In this document: positions 1-47,782 of the stretch, in pieces
Layout: every line of letters starts with the position of its first letter
Numbering within the stretch: the first letter of the stretch is position 1
Source of the DNA: Ginglymostoma cirratum
Lineage: Eukaryota
Direction of reading: 5' to 3'
NCBI GenBank assembly: GCA_024137785.1
Contig: JAHRHZ010000086.1
Coordinates: 7,433,747 to 7,497,746 of the forward strand
DNA: 64,000 nt
Notes under the pieces: generated by a model
What the model saw: the letters and a program-made list of their open reading frames with translations, nothing else
Told to the model about the DNA's origin: nothing
Database searches by the model: none
Position numbers and translations under genes: made by a program

Positions 1-895
1 CTCTTAGTCATCGATATTCCAATGCAGGGGAGAAATATCTTTCAAGAATTTTTTTGCCTCGTCATTTTTGTGAATCTTCCGACATGACACGAATAGCATT
101 CCAATGCTGGATAACCTACACCATCCCATCACAATCCACCTGTTTTATGATCACTAGCTTGTAGAAGTTTGACACATTTTCTTTTAATATTCAGTGCCAA
201 TCACATTTGTCTTATTTAAACTTTCACTTCAGTAACATTTTCTAATTCTTAGCGGAACATTTGACAATCTGCAAACATTTTCTGCAGTTGTATAAACCCC
301 CACACTTAATTGCAAATGCATTGTAACTGGAAGCTTATAGTATTGATAACAGTTAGCTGACCCAGTTAGGAGGTGAGACAGAATTTGCCATGTCATCAGA
401 TGAATGGTTACTAATGGTGTCATGAATTTACAGAGAACCATGTTATCTCTCCTCCCCGTTCTAAGTGGTAACTGAGGGAGTTCAGTAGACGATTGTATTT
501 CACAGTCTGCAACAATTTGTCTTTGATTTCTTTGTCTGGATCATCTTTGACTTTCACTCCCTTCTCTCTACTATTAATTCTATTATGTTGCACTCTGGCA
601 GACAGAAAGAAACATGCCTGAGCTTCGTGGAACCCAACATTCTTCTTATTGAGAGTCCATCAGAGAATCTTTCCTCTGTTGGATAGGAAGGCTGACCCAA
701 CTGGGTTTATTCTGTTGGTCAATGAATAGGTGCACTTGTGGCTTGTGTGCAAGTAGATTGACTTCATGTATTAAGCAGTTAAAGACACAGTCATCTATGG
801 CAGGATGAAGAGAGAAGAGGGTGAGTGTCCAAAGCAGCTTCTGAGATGAGGTTCCTGAAATAAACTGGCTGAAACAGTGCTTTACTTCCTCATAG

Positions 896-34593
<33,698 letters not shown>

Positions 34594-35366
34594 TCTCAGG
34601 ATAACATTCTGTGTCGGAATCTACACTGGGGCTTTGTCCATCCTTCAGAGAGTGACTATGCGATGTTCTCATACCTGTGTCTGGCTAGCAGTGTAGTTTA
34701 CGTTTTTAGTACACAATGTAAACTTGTATATTTACAGCTGGAGAGGAGAAGGCATGTAGGATTATCAACTTAGTGTCTCGCCGTGTTGAAGCCAGTCATG
34801 TTCACAGTGGCATTATTGAAATGGAGCTTTTCCAAGCTGGCATTATTTTTGTGCAAAAGCGTTAATTATGTCAAGAACACAGCTGCTAACTGCAGGTATC
34901 CCACAATCTAATTCCTACCACCCTTCCACCTCCCCTCAAACCAAACCCCTTACTTTTCATCTCCTGCTGAGTTTCCTCACACTGTGTAAATATAACTCGT
35001 CTGGTTAATCGTTACATTAATTAAATTAACCAAACAGAGTGGAATCATGGACTGTGACACTAACCTGTGAGTTAACTTATTGCTGGATGGTGCACTGCAT
35101 TCTGCACAACAAATGACAACTTGAAGTCTGACCAGGGAAAGAACAAAAGCTCGTGATTTTGGGAATACTTGATTTTTCTAGACGTTTGTTTCCTTTCTCC
35201 GTGCGAACGCAGTCAGTCACATGCAGTCCTTGCCTCATTGTATTGTGACTTGTGTAAGCATTGTGTAGGAGTTCACTCCCATTACTATACTGTATTTTAA
35301 ACAGGTCAAAACTTCCCTGTTTGCAGATTGCAAGGGAATTTTGTACTGTCATTATCACTGGACTAC

Positions 35367-35372
35367 AATAAA
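35367..35372 (+). terminator. Probable SMARCA4 polyadenylation signal (second AATAAA at 35458-35463)
   Basis: AATAAA ends a repeat-free 3' UTR and is followed by GT/T-rich sequence (gtgacttgtgtgtatgtttg); repeats resume at about 35.5 kb. Confidence 0.65.
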
Positions 35373-37507
35373 ATAATTACTTGACTGTGACTTGTGTGTA
35401 TGTTTGCCTTTTACCTCAGCAGAAACTTGCATTTATAATAACATTACTATTACTTGAAATAAAAGTGTAGTCACATGTAGCTTCCTTCAAGCTCAGGTAA
35501 CGCTAGCAGCCTATGACAGTGCAGAAGATTTTAGTGTTCCCAAGATACTTCACAGGAGTCATTATCAAAACAGATTTGAAGTAGGTTAATAGAAGGAAAA
35601 ATTAAGATCAAAAATTTAGTCAAAGAGCTAGATATTAAAGATCCTCTTAAAGGAAGAAAAGTGCTGGAGAGGTTTCAAAAAGGAATTCCAAAGATTACAG
35701 TTTTGACATCTGAAGGTACTGCTAGACCCTGAGCTGTGAAAATCAGGGCTCTAAGAGGCCAGAATTAGAGGAGCACTGATACCAAAAAAGTTGTAAAATT
35801 GGAGGTGGATATGGAGATAGGGAGGTTTGAGACTATAGAGGGAACTAAAACAAATGTAAAAATGTCAAACTCAAGTATTGCTGGATCAGGAACCAGTGTA
35901 GGTCAGCGCATCTCAGTCTAAGGGTGATGAGTGAATGAAAGCTGCAAGTAAAGATATGGGCAAAAGAGTCTTGGATGAGCTTACAGAGTGTACAAGATGG
36001 TAGGTCAGTAAGGAATGCATTGGACAAATTGGGTCTTGAGATAACACCTCTGAAAAAGATGTTCACAGTTTGCTCTCTCCCTGTCTCTGGAGAATGGTCT
36101 CAGCATCCTACACTCTCTCCATTTATATTATGTCAATCTCCCCTTAGGACTCCAATGTGATAGAGGTAGAGATTTAGAGCCTTCAGATGGTGAGATGAAA
36201 GTTAACATTGGAAAACTGAAATAAATGCTGGAAATTACTCAACAGATTTAGGCATCATCCGTGCAGAGAAGCAAGTTTAACATTTCAGGTCAATTATGTT
36301 TTATTGAAACTGGATAATATTCAGGGATGAACAACACTCGAGGAAATACAGAGCCAGATTAAAGGAGACATGAAGACAACTGATGGCAAAGGAATAGGTA
36401 AATTACATGGTGTAAAATAATGGATGAAGTGTAGAAACAAAGATGGGTCCAGTGGAATCTAATGCATGAGGAAAGCAGAGAAGGCTTCCTTGGCCTGAGA
36501 ATGTGGCAAAAGAAAGAAATTAATGAATGAGTAAAGTTGGAGCTGATTTCCCTAATTTGTGTCCTAAGGGAATGTTGTATTTGATGAAACTTCCATGGAA
36601 TAAAATCTAAATGGCTCAAGTATAAAAAAATTAAAATCTAAATGGCAGCATTAACCATTTGAATTGTGTCTGCAGAATCAAAACAATGTTAATGTACATA
36701 CGTGGACCTATAATCACAAACTGTATTGTCCCTCTATTGTCCCTATTGCAAGCAACAAAGAACCCTCACAGTGTCTTGAGGTGATTGCCAATCAGTTTCT
36801 TACACCTTCCTTTCCCTATCTGTCCCAGCCAGCACTAAAACAGATTATCTGGTTCTTGCTGAGAATCTCCTACAGTACAGTAGTGACTGCACTTCAAAGC
36901 TATTTTGTGAGATGATATGTACATGTAGACTCAACCTAGGTCTAATCTTCAAGACCAAAATGTGGAGAAGAAGTCATTTTAGGTAGGTCCACTGGCTGAT
37001 ACTGCTGCCATATGTCCACACTTGTAATACTGTGCACAATTTTCCCCCCTGTCTTACCAAATTATATAGAAATGGTGCAAAAAAGGGCAATGCAGTAACT
37101 TGAAGGTTATCCATGTCAAAAAGACTTAACAGGCTGGGTTCTTTTCTATACAAAGAAGAAGCTGAGAGAGAACATGATAGAGGTCTACAATTATATTAAG
37201 TTTTTTGATACGGTACAGGGGTTCTTCCGCTGCAGTGCAGAAAATATAACAGTGGTTGTTAATAATTCCAATAAAGAATTCAGGAGGAACCCCAAACACG
37301 TGAAGAAACTGAAAATGAGGGAAAAGAATATGGAAAGATATGCAGTTAGGGTCAGACAAAGTAGAGTGGAGGAAAACTAGGGTGAAGCCTAACATTAACA
37401 TAGATCAGGTGAGCCAAATAATCTATATCTACATGATAAATTCTTTGCAATATTGGTCAAAAGATTTATTGGTCATGGGCCAGAAGACAAAATATATTTG
37501 TGTCCTC

Positions 37508-37636
37508 AGAGATTGTAAGAACTGCCAATGCTGGAGTCAGAGATAACACAGTATGGAGCTGGAAGAACACATCAGGCCAGGCAGCATCAGAGGAGTAGAA
37601 AAGTTGTAATTTTGGGTCAGGACCCTTCTTCAGAAA
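37508..37636 (-). mobile_element. Single-arm copy of the 1228-1446 element
   Basis: Closely similar to 1228-1355; minus strand reads CTGAAGA-A-GGGTCctGACCC-AAAA. Confidence 0.75.
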
Positions 37637-40600
37637 ATTGTGCCCTGAAGTTTAGCTCGAACTTGATTCTCATCCTGATGTAGATGTAGGTTGTGTGTGA
37701 GTAGTGAAGACTGAAATATCCAGGGTAGAGCTAATCCTGACAACATAGTTAGCTCCTAGTAAAAGATGTATGTGGCATATCTGCAGGGATCCAACATAGT
37801 CAAGATGGGCTGAATGACTTCCTTTAGTGCTGTAATCATTCTATGACCATATAGAGTAAGAACTGTTTTAAAATGTTATTGAAGTTTATTGATAGGGCTG
37901 TACTGTTAAGATCAAGATCTCAAAGATGTGGATTACGTATGCTGGATCTTACTGATTATCCAGATTCCACCATTCCGTAAATGCATTTGTCCATCCATAT
38001 TAAGTCACCTAAGGAAGCCAAATCCAGTTCACTATTTGTGACATTAGAGTAGCAATAATACAGGTTCTCAGCAAGTAAAGGTCTAAATGATCAGGCTCAA
38101 TGTTGAAACTACGTTAAGCGTGGAAAAAGCGTAACTATTTCACTTCACAGCACATTAGAGACCTATGAACTTTTAGACAATTTTACAAGATCACTATAGG
38201 GCTGTCATCTTTTGAGAGACAGCATTTTCCAAAATCTGCTTCTTTGATCAAGCTATTAGTCATCTCTCCTTGTATTTTAACAGTTTAATATTCAAATTTT
38301 GTTTACTCTTCTTCTATGATGGGGCAGAAGGGTCGGTAACCAGAAGTACACAAACATTGTGAAAAGATCCCGAATAAATATAAATGAAACTTTTTTTCTA
38401 AAATGCATCAAGCTGTTCTGATCTGAAATGCCCTGCATGAAGGAGTAATAGTCAATAGCAACTTTCAACTGAGAACTGGATAAATATTTGAAGGCAGAAA
38501 AATTACAGGGCTGTAAGAAGAAAGTGGGATTAATTGGATAGCTGCAAGGAGCAGCACAAGCATGATGGGCTGTATTATTCTATGGCTGTAAAGATGCTGC
38601 ACAAATGCAAGTGGTTATGATGATGGTGTTATTAGATCAGAGATTTTAGATTGATATATATCCAAGTCAGGAAGGTGAGTGACTTCAAGAGGAAATTGGA
38701 ATTGCTAATGGCCTTGTGACATTACTATTCTTGTGCTCTTGGATGGTAACATTTGAGTTAGTTGAAGTTGAAATAATCTTGATGAATTGTTACAGTGCAT
38801 CCTATAGATTGTGCACTGTAGCCACAACCTAGCAGTTGTAGAAGTGGGTACCTATTAAGTCCAATGACGAGGACACTGATCAATCACCCTGTTCTATCCT
38901 GGATGAACAGAAGTTTCAAACCTTGCTGCAAATGCACCCATTCAAGTGTATTCCATCATACACTTGAATATTTTAGATTGAGAAGAGGTTTTAGTGAATT
39001 AAGACATAAAGCATTCTTTACTGAATACCTAACTTATGTATTGCTCCTGTACAGATGATTCAGTTCAATCCCTGCTCAGGTTAAATAGGCCTTTAGGACA
39101 TATAATTATTATACACTGCTTCAGTGTTTAATAGAAGTTCTCTGGGCTGAAATGGGCACAGAGCATTTCCTGAAAGGAGGATTATGGTTCTTGTTGAGAA
39201 GGATTGTGGTTCTCTTGATGGGTGCTGCCATTATGCAATCAATAGTTGCCAATACTTACAGTAATTGCTTCTCTTAATGGGTAGGGAGGAGCATTCCCTC
39301 ACCCCATTTTACTCACCTGTCTTAGTAAGGCTGGGGCAGGGCTCTTGTGGTGTCCCTACCTTTGAGCCAGGAAGCCCCGGTTCAAGTCCCACATGTTCCA
39401 GAAGTGTGTAATAATATTGGTGAATGGGTTGAATATAGCATAGATTTTAAATAAATAAAAAGTGAGGCTGGGAGCAGGCATGGGGTGGTACAAAAAGGAA
39501 ATGGGTTGTTAACACTTCATTTGGTCAAAGAAAACAACCAAGTTTTTCTTTTATTGGGATGGAAGTAACAGCCAACAAACATTACTCAACTTCCCTCTTA
39601 CTTAAGTCATAATACGTATTAGTCAACTGGTATAGCATTTATGTGAACATCAAGAAAGATGTACAAATTTCCTGCTACAAAACTAAAGGAAGGCAAGAGA
39701 GAAATTGGGATGTTTTTCATATTTTTATAGATTTATTTTAAATCAACAGAAACAGAATTAGTGGACATCAGGTTCCCACCTGTCCACCTTCAACACCACA
39801 CTGAGCGCATTACTGTCCCTATGTGTCTATCACAATTGCTACCTGATGCTACTTGGAACTCGATGTCTTGACAATTAAGCCATCACATCTTGCCTTTGAC
39901 AAAAAGATCTATTTATGTAAATGTTTGAGAGCTCCAGACATCAGTGTGAAAAAAAAAATCATACCTGAATCATCTTTTTTTAAAAATCACAAAATGCATA
40001 GTCAACTAGTGACAAAGTCAGACATTTCCTATTGCATTTCCCTACTTTTACAATAAAGAGAGACTTAATTGTCTCAGTCTCAAAACTTTTTTTTTTAGCT
40101 TTGTGTTAAATTGATGAAACTGTTGATCTGTCAAGGAGAGAAGTTGTTAATTAGGAAAACTTTCAAACAGTATCAATTATTAGCTTAGAGCCAACCTCAT
40201 TGTCAGTGAAGACCTTGGTTCGAATGGACCAATCTCTGAACACTGTAAGCAATGCAACACAAAATCTGCCAGTGCTAAAGTAAATAGGATCACAGCCCTT
40301 TTTCAAAAATTAACCAGTGAAGTGTTTTAAAAGTTGCGATGTGTACTTTGCTTTATATAGCACTGTTGATTTTTTTTGAAGGCATTATTGTTTCTTTACA
40401 AGATTTTAAGATACAATTATATGCTCTTCAGAAAAGATTCTTCCATGAGAAATTCATTTTATTCTCCATAATCATTAGCTCATCCAAATCTCTAGTGCTA
40501 GTTTCCTCATTTGTACCAAATCCTGTTCCCCCATCATCGCTACCTATCCTTCATTTGCTCCCATTAAATGTGATCTTGATTTTAAAGTATTCCATCATGG

Positions 40601-42904
40601 CTTTCTCCCCTCTGTAAACTCCTAAATCTCTGCTCACCTCTAATACTAGCCTCTTGCATATCCTGAATTTTATTTGTTCCACCATTGATGTCATCATCTG
40701 AGAAGGACATAAGGCCTGTAATTTCCTCCCTAAATCCTTCTCTAATTCCTTTAAAACATGCCTTAAAACCTTCCCCTTCGGCCAATTTCTTTGTTTATCT
40801 GTCCTAATATCTCCCTATGAGGCTTGGACGCCAAATTTAGTTTGATGTGAAGCATCTTGGGATGTTTCACCATTTTATTATATAAATACAAGTTATTGCT
40901 GTTACAATTTTATAAATATTCTGCAAGAAACTTGAAATTCCTAACAACTTAAACATTTTTGTTGAAAACCCTTGGGCAATAGTGTAACACAAAACCACTC
41001 TCCTTTGTATCAGTCTAAGTGAGGTTAACAAATGGCAGTTCTTCCCAGCTCTTTAAATTCTATGCAAATCAAAACCAATGGGTTGGGTTTAAAAATATAA
41101 TGGCCTGGTTTAGTCAATCAGAACAGAACGCCCACACTATAAACCCCACACTCCATACTTGCCTCAAAGCATAAGCCCTTGGGACATCAAGGAACGCCAA
41201 GAATTTACATTTTTTTCATGGAATTCTGAACAGAGGAAGAGTTCAGTTCAGCAAACAATTTAAACAACAATTAGTGACTTGGAAGCAAAACAATTATAAA
41301 AATAACACGGATAAAATGCTGCAGATGCTAAAAATGGAAATATCAACAGAAAATGCTGGAAATACATAGATCTAGCAGTATCTGTAAATAATAAATCATA
41401 TCATCAGCAGTCTACCCCAACCCTCCTTCAAAAAGTTCACCTCACCCTTACTGGAAATTTCTAACCCAAAATGGCTGAACTGTGATAAAATCGCAAGTGT
41501 TTAGGCGGTGGATTAGCAATCAGCAGAGCCCCGAGGGCCAACCTGATGCATCTTGGGGTCATGCTTTTGTCTGTTTTCAATGACAAGTCTGAAAAGTCGT
41601 TTGTAATACCACTGATTAATTGAGCACCAAATAAACTCCAGCTCCAATCATACTAAATTTCACTTTCTCTGCCCTTGAGCTGCAATGATTAAAACCTGAT
41701 GTGTCAAAAGCCTTCAGTAAATATATTGAAGGGTGGCCTCCCTAACTATCCTTAATTGAGCTAATATTGCTTTGGTCTGATCACTGTGCAGTGAAGATGT
41801 ACCAATGATGAGAAAGTGAGCAGAAGTTTATAATTCTTGATTCCCAAACAGTACCAGCTCCAATCAGTAAAATTCTAATGTTGTAATGTGTGTGCTAACA
41901 GACACCATCTTCGTGCACTGGTCAATAATACAAGACTACATCCACAGATGACGCATGCGCCACGCAACTAGCTTCTTCCAGCTGGCTAGTTACCCCTAAT
42001 GTACTTGAAGTTAGTCCAAAGCCCAAGTCCTCTGTGATATCCAAGCTCCAATTAGAATGATTGTTGATTAACAGCTGGATAGAAGAAGGGGGAGGCAAAG
42101 GGCGGAACAAAACCTTGGTTTGAGTCCAAGGTCTTTCACAGTGGGAAGGTCAGGAAACATCGTATGATTTGACAGTCATATAAACTATCAAGTACCCAAC
42201 CTTGTGCATATGAGATTACATGTTAACAGCCGATTGGATGAGAGCATAAGGCCAGCTCAATTTAACCTTCCGCCTTGAGCAATAGTGTTTGGTAATGACA
42301 AGGGAGGGAGGAGCCCAAAAAAAAGCACTCACGGGAAAATAATGTGTATGGGTTATTGTTAATCATTGGAAATCTGCATGGCAGAAAATTCACAGGAACA
42401 TCTTACAGTGCTCAGACTTGGGTATTGGTGGAGGGGGAATAGTTGTGGCTGTGCAGGTGGGTTAGGGGTGCTGATAAATGGGATGGTCAGTGGCTGGTGG
42501 TCAGGGCATCAGAATGACGCAACTTTAGAATTGTTTACAGGAGTCAGGTGTAATACAAAATGTTATTTTAATGACTATTCACATAAATGTGAAGCAACTG
42601 TACAAAAAAAGGTACAAGCATGCTGGCTTTTTAATAGAACTGTGTTTGAATGAATGCAGGAACACAATATGACTTACACAAAATTGCTTTTCTGTTGTTT
42701 TGACAACTATTCACCCACTCACTAAAATAACGGGCAAAGAAATTTTAATGTGGTTATACTGTAATATTTGTACAGCTTCTTTATCATCGCACTATCCTTT
42801 AACAGTGTTTATTTCTAAGGCATCTTTATTGTGGAGATCCTCTCCTATTTTATCTAACCAAACACAATTAAGCTTTACTATTCAGGGATTCATCAGTGGA
42901 AGGA

Positions 42905-43350
42905 AAGAGACTTACACTTACATAGCGTCCTTCATGACCACTGACTAGCTGAAAGCACTTTACAGACAATGCAAATAATTTTGAAATGAAATCACTGCTG
43001 TATTGTAGGAAGTGTTGTAGCCAATTTTCACACAGCAAGTTACCATAATCAGGAATGTGATAAAGACCATACAATTTGTTTTCATGATGTTGATTGGGAG
43101 ATGAATATTGATAGAGACACCTTGAGATAATTCCGCTGTTCTCCTTGAAATAGTGCCTTGGAATCTTTTGTGTTCACTTGAGAAAGTAACTGGAGCCTCG
43201 GTTTGCAACTTTTCATCTAAAAAGCAGCACCTCCTGTTGTGCAGGACTCCATCAGAACTGCATTGGTGTGTCCGCTTTGATTTTTAGGCTGAGGTCCAAC
43301 CTTCTGATTTACAGACAGAGAGCTTTCCACTGAACCACAGCTGACACCAA
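42905..43350 (-). mobile_element. Deu-domain SINE
   Basis: Reverse-complement similarity to 23390-23790. Confidence 0.6.
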
Positions 43351-43675
43351 GAGGATAGTGCTCAGGTTCAGTACACATTGGTTTGCCAAGATTGGAAGAT
43401 GGGGCAGTCAGGGAGTGAATCACTCATGTAACTTAATATAGGCTGAAGCCCAGAGATGGATTACAGTTTAATAATGCCCTTGAGGCCTTCCACTGACTAG
43501 ATGTCATGGGTAACTGGGCGAATAGTTTTAGAAATATTGTAGAACTGTGTTGTTATAGTTAATTTGGTAGGGGCAAATCAATTGTTGGAATGAATTTATC
43601 ACTCCCAATGCCACCAATCACATTCAGTCATTGAGGAAACATTGGATTCAATATTAATGAAAATTAAGAAATACA

Positions 43676-45565
43676 CAGCAAAATCTTACCATTCTTTTGG
43701 CTGAGTACTAGTCTGTTCGAGTTTGCTGGAGATTATTGCCGCAAGGCCAAAAAGGTTCTCTCGCCATATCTTACCAAACTAGCGGCTTTAATTGCCATTT
43801 GAACCCTCACAACAAGAATCATGTCCTATTTCTGCCCTGTACTGCCTTACTGGGGCAATCACCATTCACTGGAGATCTTAGAATTGCCTGGCACCAGCAT
43901 CACAATTAAAAAGCTGTTATGAGCCCAGACAAACACTGTCAGATGTCCCAGACATGGAAAACAGGGAGAAATCCTGTTAACTGTATTTGTTTTTCTACTT
44001 TTTAATAAGAAGGACTGTAATGTTAACTTTTTAACTTTTGTTTTCCTTGTTTTTCTGCTTTGTAAGTAAGAATCTCTTACTAGGTATCTTTGTACCCAAG
44101 ATGGTGCCAAATGTGGCGACTTGTAAATTTATGTGACAATAAACCTAATTCAATTCAATTCAATTCTCACTTTGCTTTTCAGGCATGGTCATGGATATCC
44201 TGATGGACTAGGTGGTGCACAGGCAGGACCTCCTTTCTCCCCCAAGACCAGCAGTGAAGGCCATGACACCAGATCATGCCAAGCTGGTCCAAGGTTGCCA
44301 CCCATGCTGAAATAACCTCAACCGTCTAGAGGAATGCCCAGATCTGTAGGAAGAAGATCAATGAACTTTGCCACTTCACCAGCATAAGTGCCACCACTTT
44401 TCTCCAATATTTCACACTCACTCTATCACTGCTAATGTGCCCGCCTCCTATCAAGGGCATGCTGTAGGACTCTCATTAATACACGCAACATCTTCCCACT
44501 CATCCTTCCCCCTCCAAACCATGACACCTCTAACATTGTACAGCTCTGTGCTGCCTGCACAATCGCTCAACAAACCTCCCTACTGCACCAATGTAATCAT
44601 TGTGCCATCCACTTTCATCTTCCTTAATACCTGCCTGTCTCTCATTCCAGGCACAAAACAACACACAACAGGGCAGGAAGAGTCAAGACGGGTGCCTTGC
44701 TATTCCTTATTCGGCTCCTCATCCTGTATTAGCAAGAGGATCTTGATTCTGACTGCCCTGAGCAGGGACTGGGTGGTTATTGGAGGGTATGTTAATTTAC
44801 TGTTGCAGCTCCTGAGTGAAGGCTGACCCCCTTGAGTGGACTGAGGCCTGTTGACAAGTATGGCAAGGCTCTTGGTTTTGTGTCTTTGTCAAACCAGACC
44901 ATAGTAATATAAGCCAATTATCTCTGGCTTGGGGAAGCAACGAGGCGAGGCAAGGCAAAGCAAGGCAGGGACACTGTAAATATCAAGGTGATTTCAGAGA
45001 GAGTTAGCGCTAGAACATCGAGCAAAGAGCCCAGAGATACATCCTGGTCCAGTCCATGAGTTGGATGCACATGCCTGAGTGTAAACTATTCTTGCTGCAA
45101 CACTGCAATGATGGTTGCCACAACAGCCTGAGGTGGGGCAATGAAGTGCAGAAGTGTCCTGTATGTGAATCTGAAATAGGATTCAAAGAGGTGGGTTCAA
45201 GTCAGACCTGGGGTGCATGTGGCCAGTGCCAAAGCAGTATTCACAAGATATTAGTGCTTGGTGTCCAACATGGAGTTATTCTGGAGCAAATAGCAACTTG
45301 AACCTGATAACAACCTCCCCTAGTTTCCATATTTTTCTGATGGCTAGTTGTGTGATGATTTTGGTAACTGGTAAGTTGGACTGTTAACACATCATGCACC
45401 AAGCAAAACTATCAATTGCGAATTTGCCTCTCCCTGGTGAGAATCTTGCCATACTGCTTGAGCAAAGCCGGGAAATTGCAGCAAGATGATCTCAACATCA
45501 AGACAGCCATCCCACTCAGTTCTCGCCACAATCCATGTTGCTCAGAGCCTGGTAAGATTCTGCTC
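43676..45565 (+). mobile_element. Decayed PIF/Harbinger-like DNA transposon with Myb/SANT remnant
   Basis: Terminal inverted repeats CAGCAAAATCTTACCA and TGGTAAGATTCTGCTC (14/16); 44185-44368 encodes MDILMD*VVHRQDLL...SWSKVA...RNAQICRKKINEL. Confidence 0.6.
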
Positions 45566-45608
45566 ACAGTCTGGCACTTTCAACTCATAGGGTATTTGAA
45601 AGGGTATT

Positions 45609-45855
45609 ATGTCTGTGCGGAGTTTGCACATTCTCCCCATGTCTGCGTGGGTTTCCTCCGGGTGCTCCGGTTTCCTCCCACAGTCCAAAGATGTGCAGGT
45701 TAGGTGGATTGGCCATGCTAAATTGCCCGTAGTGTTCAGGGCGGTGTAGGTTAGGTGGGCTGTTGAGGGGGGGGGGTGGGTCTGGGTGGGATGCTCTGAG
45801 GTTCGGTGTGGACTTGTTGGGCCGAAGGGCCTGTTTCCACACTGTAGGGATTCTG
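45609..45855 (+). mobile_element. HE1/V-SINE (5'-truncated)
   Basis: V-domain gtgggtttcctccgggtgctccggtttcctcccacagtccaaaga; tail cctgtttccacactgtagggattct. Confidence 0.8.
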
Positions 45856-47063
45856 TGAAAAAAAAAATTCTGCGAAAAAGAAACAATTTGTGTTAATTTT
45901 GTAATCTAGAAGAATATCCAGAGATTAAGGATTAACTGGGTTTTGCATCCTATAAAAAGGCCCTTTTGACTGAACATGACTCTCACATTTAGGTTTGTAA
46001 GGTGAAACCCTGTACCAGTCCTCAGTGGAATCCCAGCACAGAACCATTGCACTGTCCAAAGTACAGTTCTTTGCCTGAAACATTAAAGTGAGAACTAGTT
46101 TGCCTCTTCCATTAAACATTAATTATCACATGAAACTATTCCAAGAACCACGCAAGATCCTAACTGAAATTCCATTTCTAGCTTTTTGCCAGATCTAGTT
46201 GTAGTACAAACTGGTTGCTGCATATGCAAATAGAGGAATAGTCATTTCATTTCAAAGTAATTTAATATGATCTGTTTTGAGATATTTTTGGGACGTGTTG
46301 AAGTGCCACATATTATTTCAATTGGGAGGTGTTAAGGCTATGTTTACTTCCTATTTTGGTGGGTGAGATTGCTTCAGCTCCAGGACTAAGCACTCTGACT
46401 TTTCTATCCAACTCTAAACAATTATCAAAAAATCCTCCATTTATTTCCTTCCCATTTATTTGTCATCTCACTCTCCCATTGAGTGTGGGATCGGTGCAGT
46501 GTGAATAATTTACAATATTGTGATGCACTGCAACAGAGATAATGGAATTTAAGAACTAATCTGATCTGAAATATTGTGAGAGTGATGGAGAATTAGATTG
46601 ACATTGTAATTTCCAAGATGTGGGTGTTACAAAATCCAGAACAGTGTGTTAACTCATTGATTACAAAACTATTTCTACATATTAGGATCTTCTTTTTAAG
46701 TGTCTGTTATTCTGCAAATATATCAGATGTTTAGTGCCATGCCCATCCCACACACAGCCACAGAATGATTGATTAATTACATTGAAAGTTTGGCGCACGA
46801 ATGAGCCATTCATCCCAACGGGTTTTTATTTAGTGCTGGGCATTTAAGCTCTCGAAAAGTATCCCCTTACTACCTCTTCACCTGAACTAATTCCGCACCT
46901 CCCCCCACGCCATCAGCATAACCTTCCATTCCTTCCCCAGAAGGAACCCAAAACAAAAAAACTTGCGAATTGCACGCAATGGTCAGTTTACTCTTGCATG
47001 CTTCGAAATGAAGGTCCAGTACAACCAATGCATTAATTTCCATGTAATACTGCTTGTTTTACT

Positions 47064-47678
47064 AAATAAAAAACTGAAAGACTACGGATGCTGTAAATCA
47101 GGAACAAAAACATAAGTTGCTCGAAGCTCAGCAGGTCTGGCAGCATCTGTGAAGAAAAAATCAAGAGTTAACGTNNNNNNNNNNNNNNNNNNNNNNNNNN
47201 NNNNNNNNNNNNNNNNNNNNNNNNNNNNNNNNNNNNNNNNNNNNNNNNNNNNNNNNNNNNNNNNNNNNNNNNNNNNNNNNNNNNNNNNNNNNNNNNNNNN
47301 NNNNNNNNNNNNNNNNNNNNNNNNNNNNNNNNNNNNNNNNNNNNNNNNNNNNNNNNNNNNNNNNNNNNNNNNNNNNNNNNNNNNNNNNNNNNNNNNNNNN
47401 NNNNNNNNNNNNNNNNNNNNNNNNNNNNNNNNNNNNNNNNNNNNNNNNNNNNNNNNNNNNNNNNNNNNNNNNNNNNNNNNNNNNNNNNNNNNNNNNNNNN
47501 NNNNNNNNNNNNNNNNNNNNNNNNNNNNNNNNNNNNNNNNNNNNNNNNNNNNNNNNNNNNNNNNNNNNNNNNNNGTTCTGAGGAAGGGTCACCGGATCCA
47601 AAACGTTAACTCTGATTTTTTCTTCACAGATGCTGCCAGACCTGCTGAGCTTGTAGCAACTTCTGTTTTTGTTCCTGT
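47064..47678. mobile_element. Inverted pair of Penelope-like arms flanking an assembly gap
   Basis: Left arm (to 47174) is the reverse complement of the right arm (47603-47677); flanking TG(C/T)TTGTTTTAC direct repeat. Confidence 0.7.
47175..47574. other. Assembly gap (400 N)
   Basis: Run of N; ORFs 47149..47757 and 47161..47748 are artefacts. Confidence 1.
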
Positions 47679-47782
47679 TTGTTTTACGGGTTTTTTTCCC
47701 CTTCTCGATTGTGAATTGCTGAGCGCATCTCAAGAGCAAACAGTGCATGGACCGTAAGAACGCATTCTAAAAAGTTATAGAA

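Noticed and set aside
47149-47757. Long ORFs of 195-202 aa on both strands
   Set aside because: They span the N gap and are artefacts.
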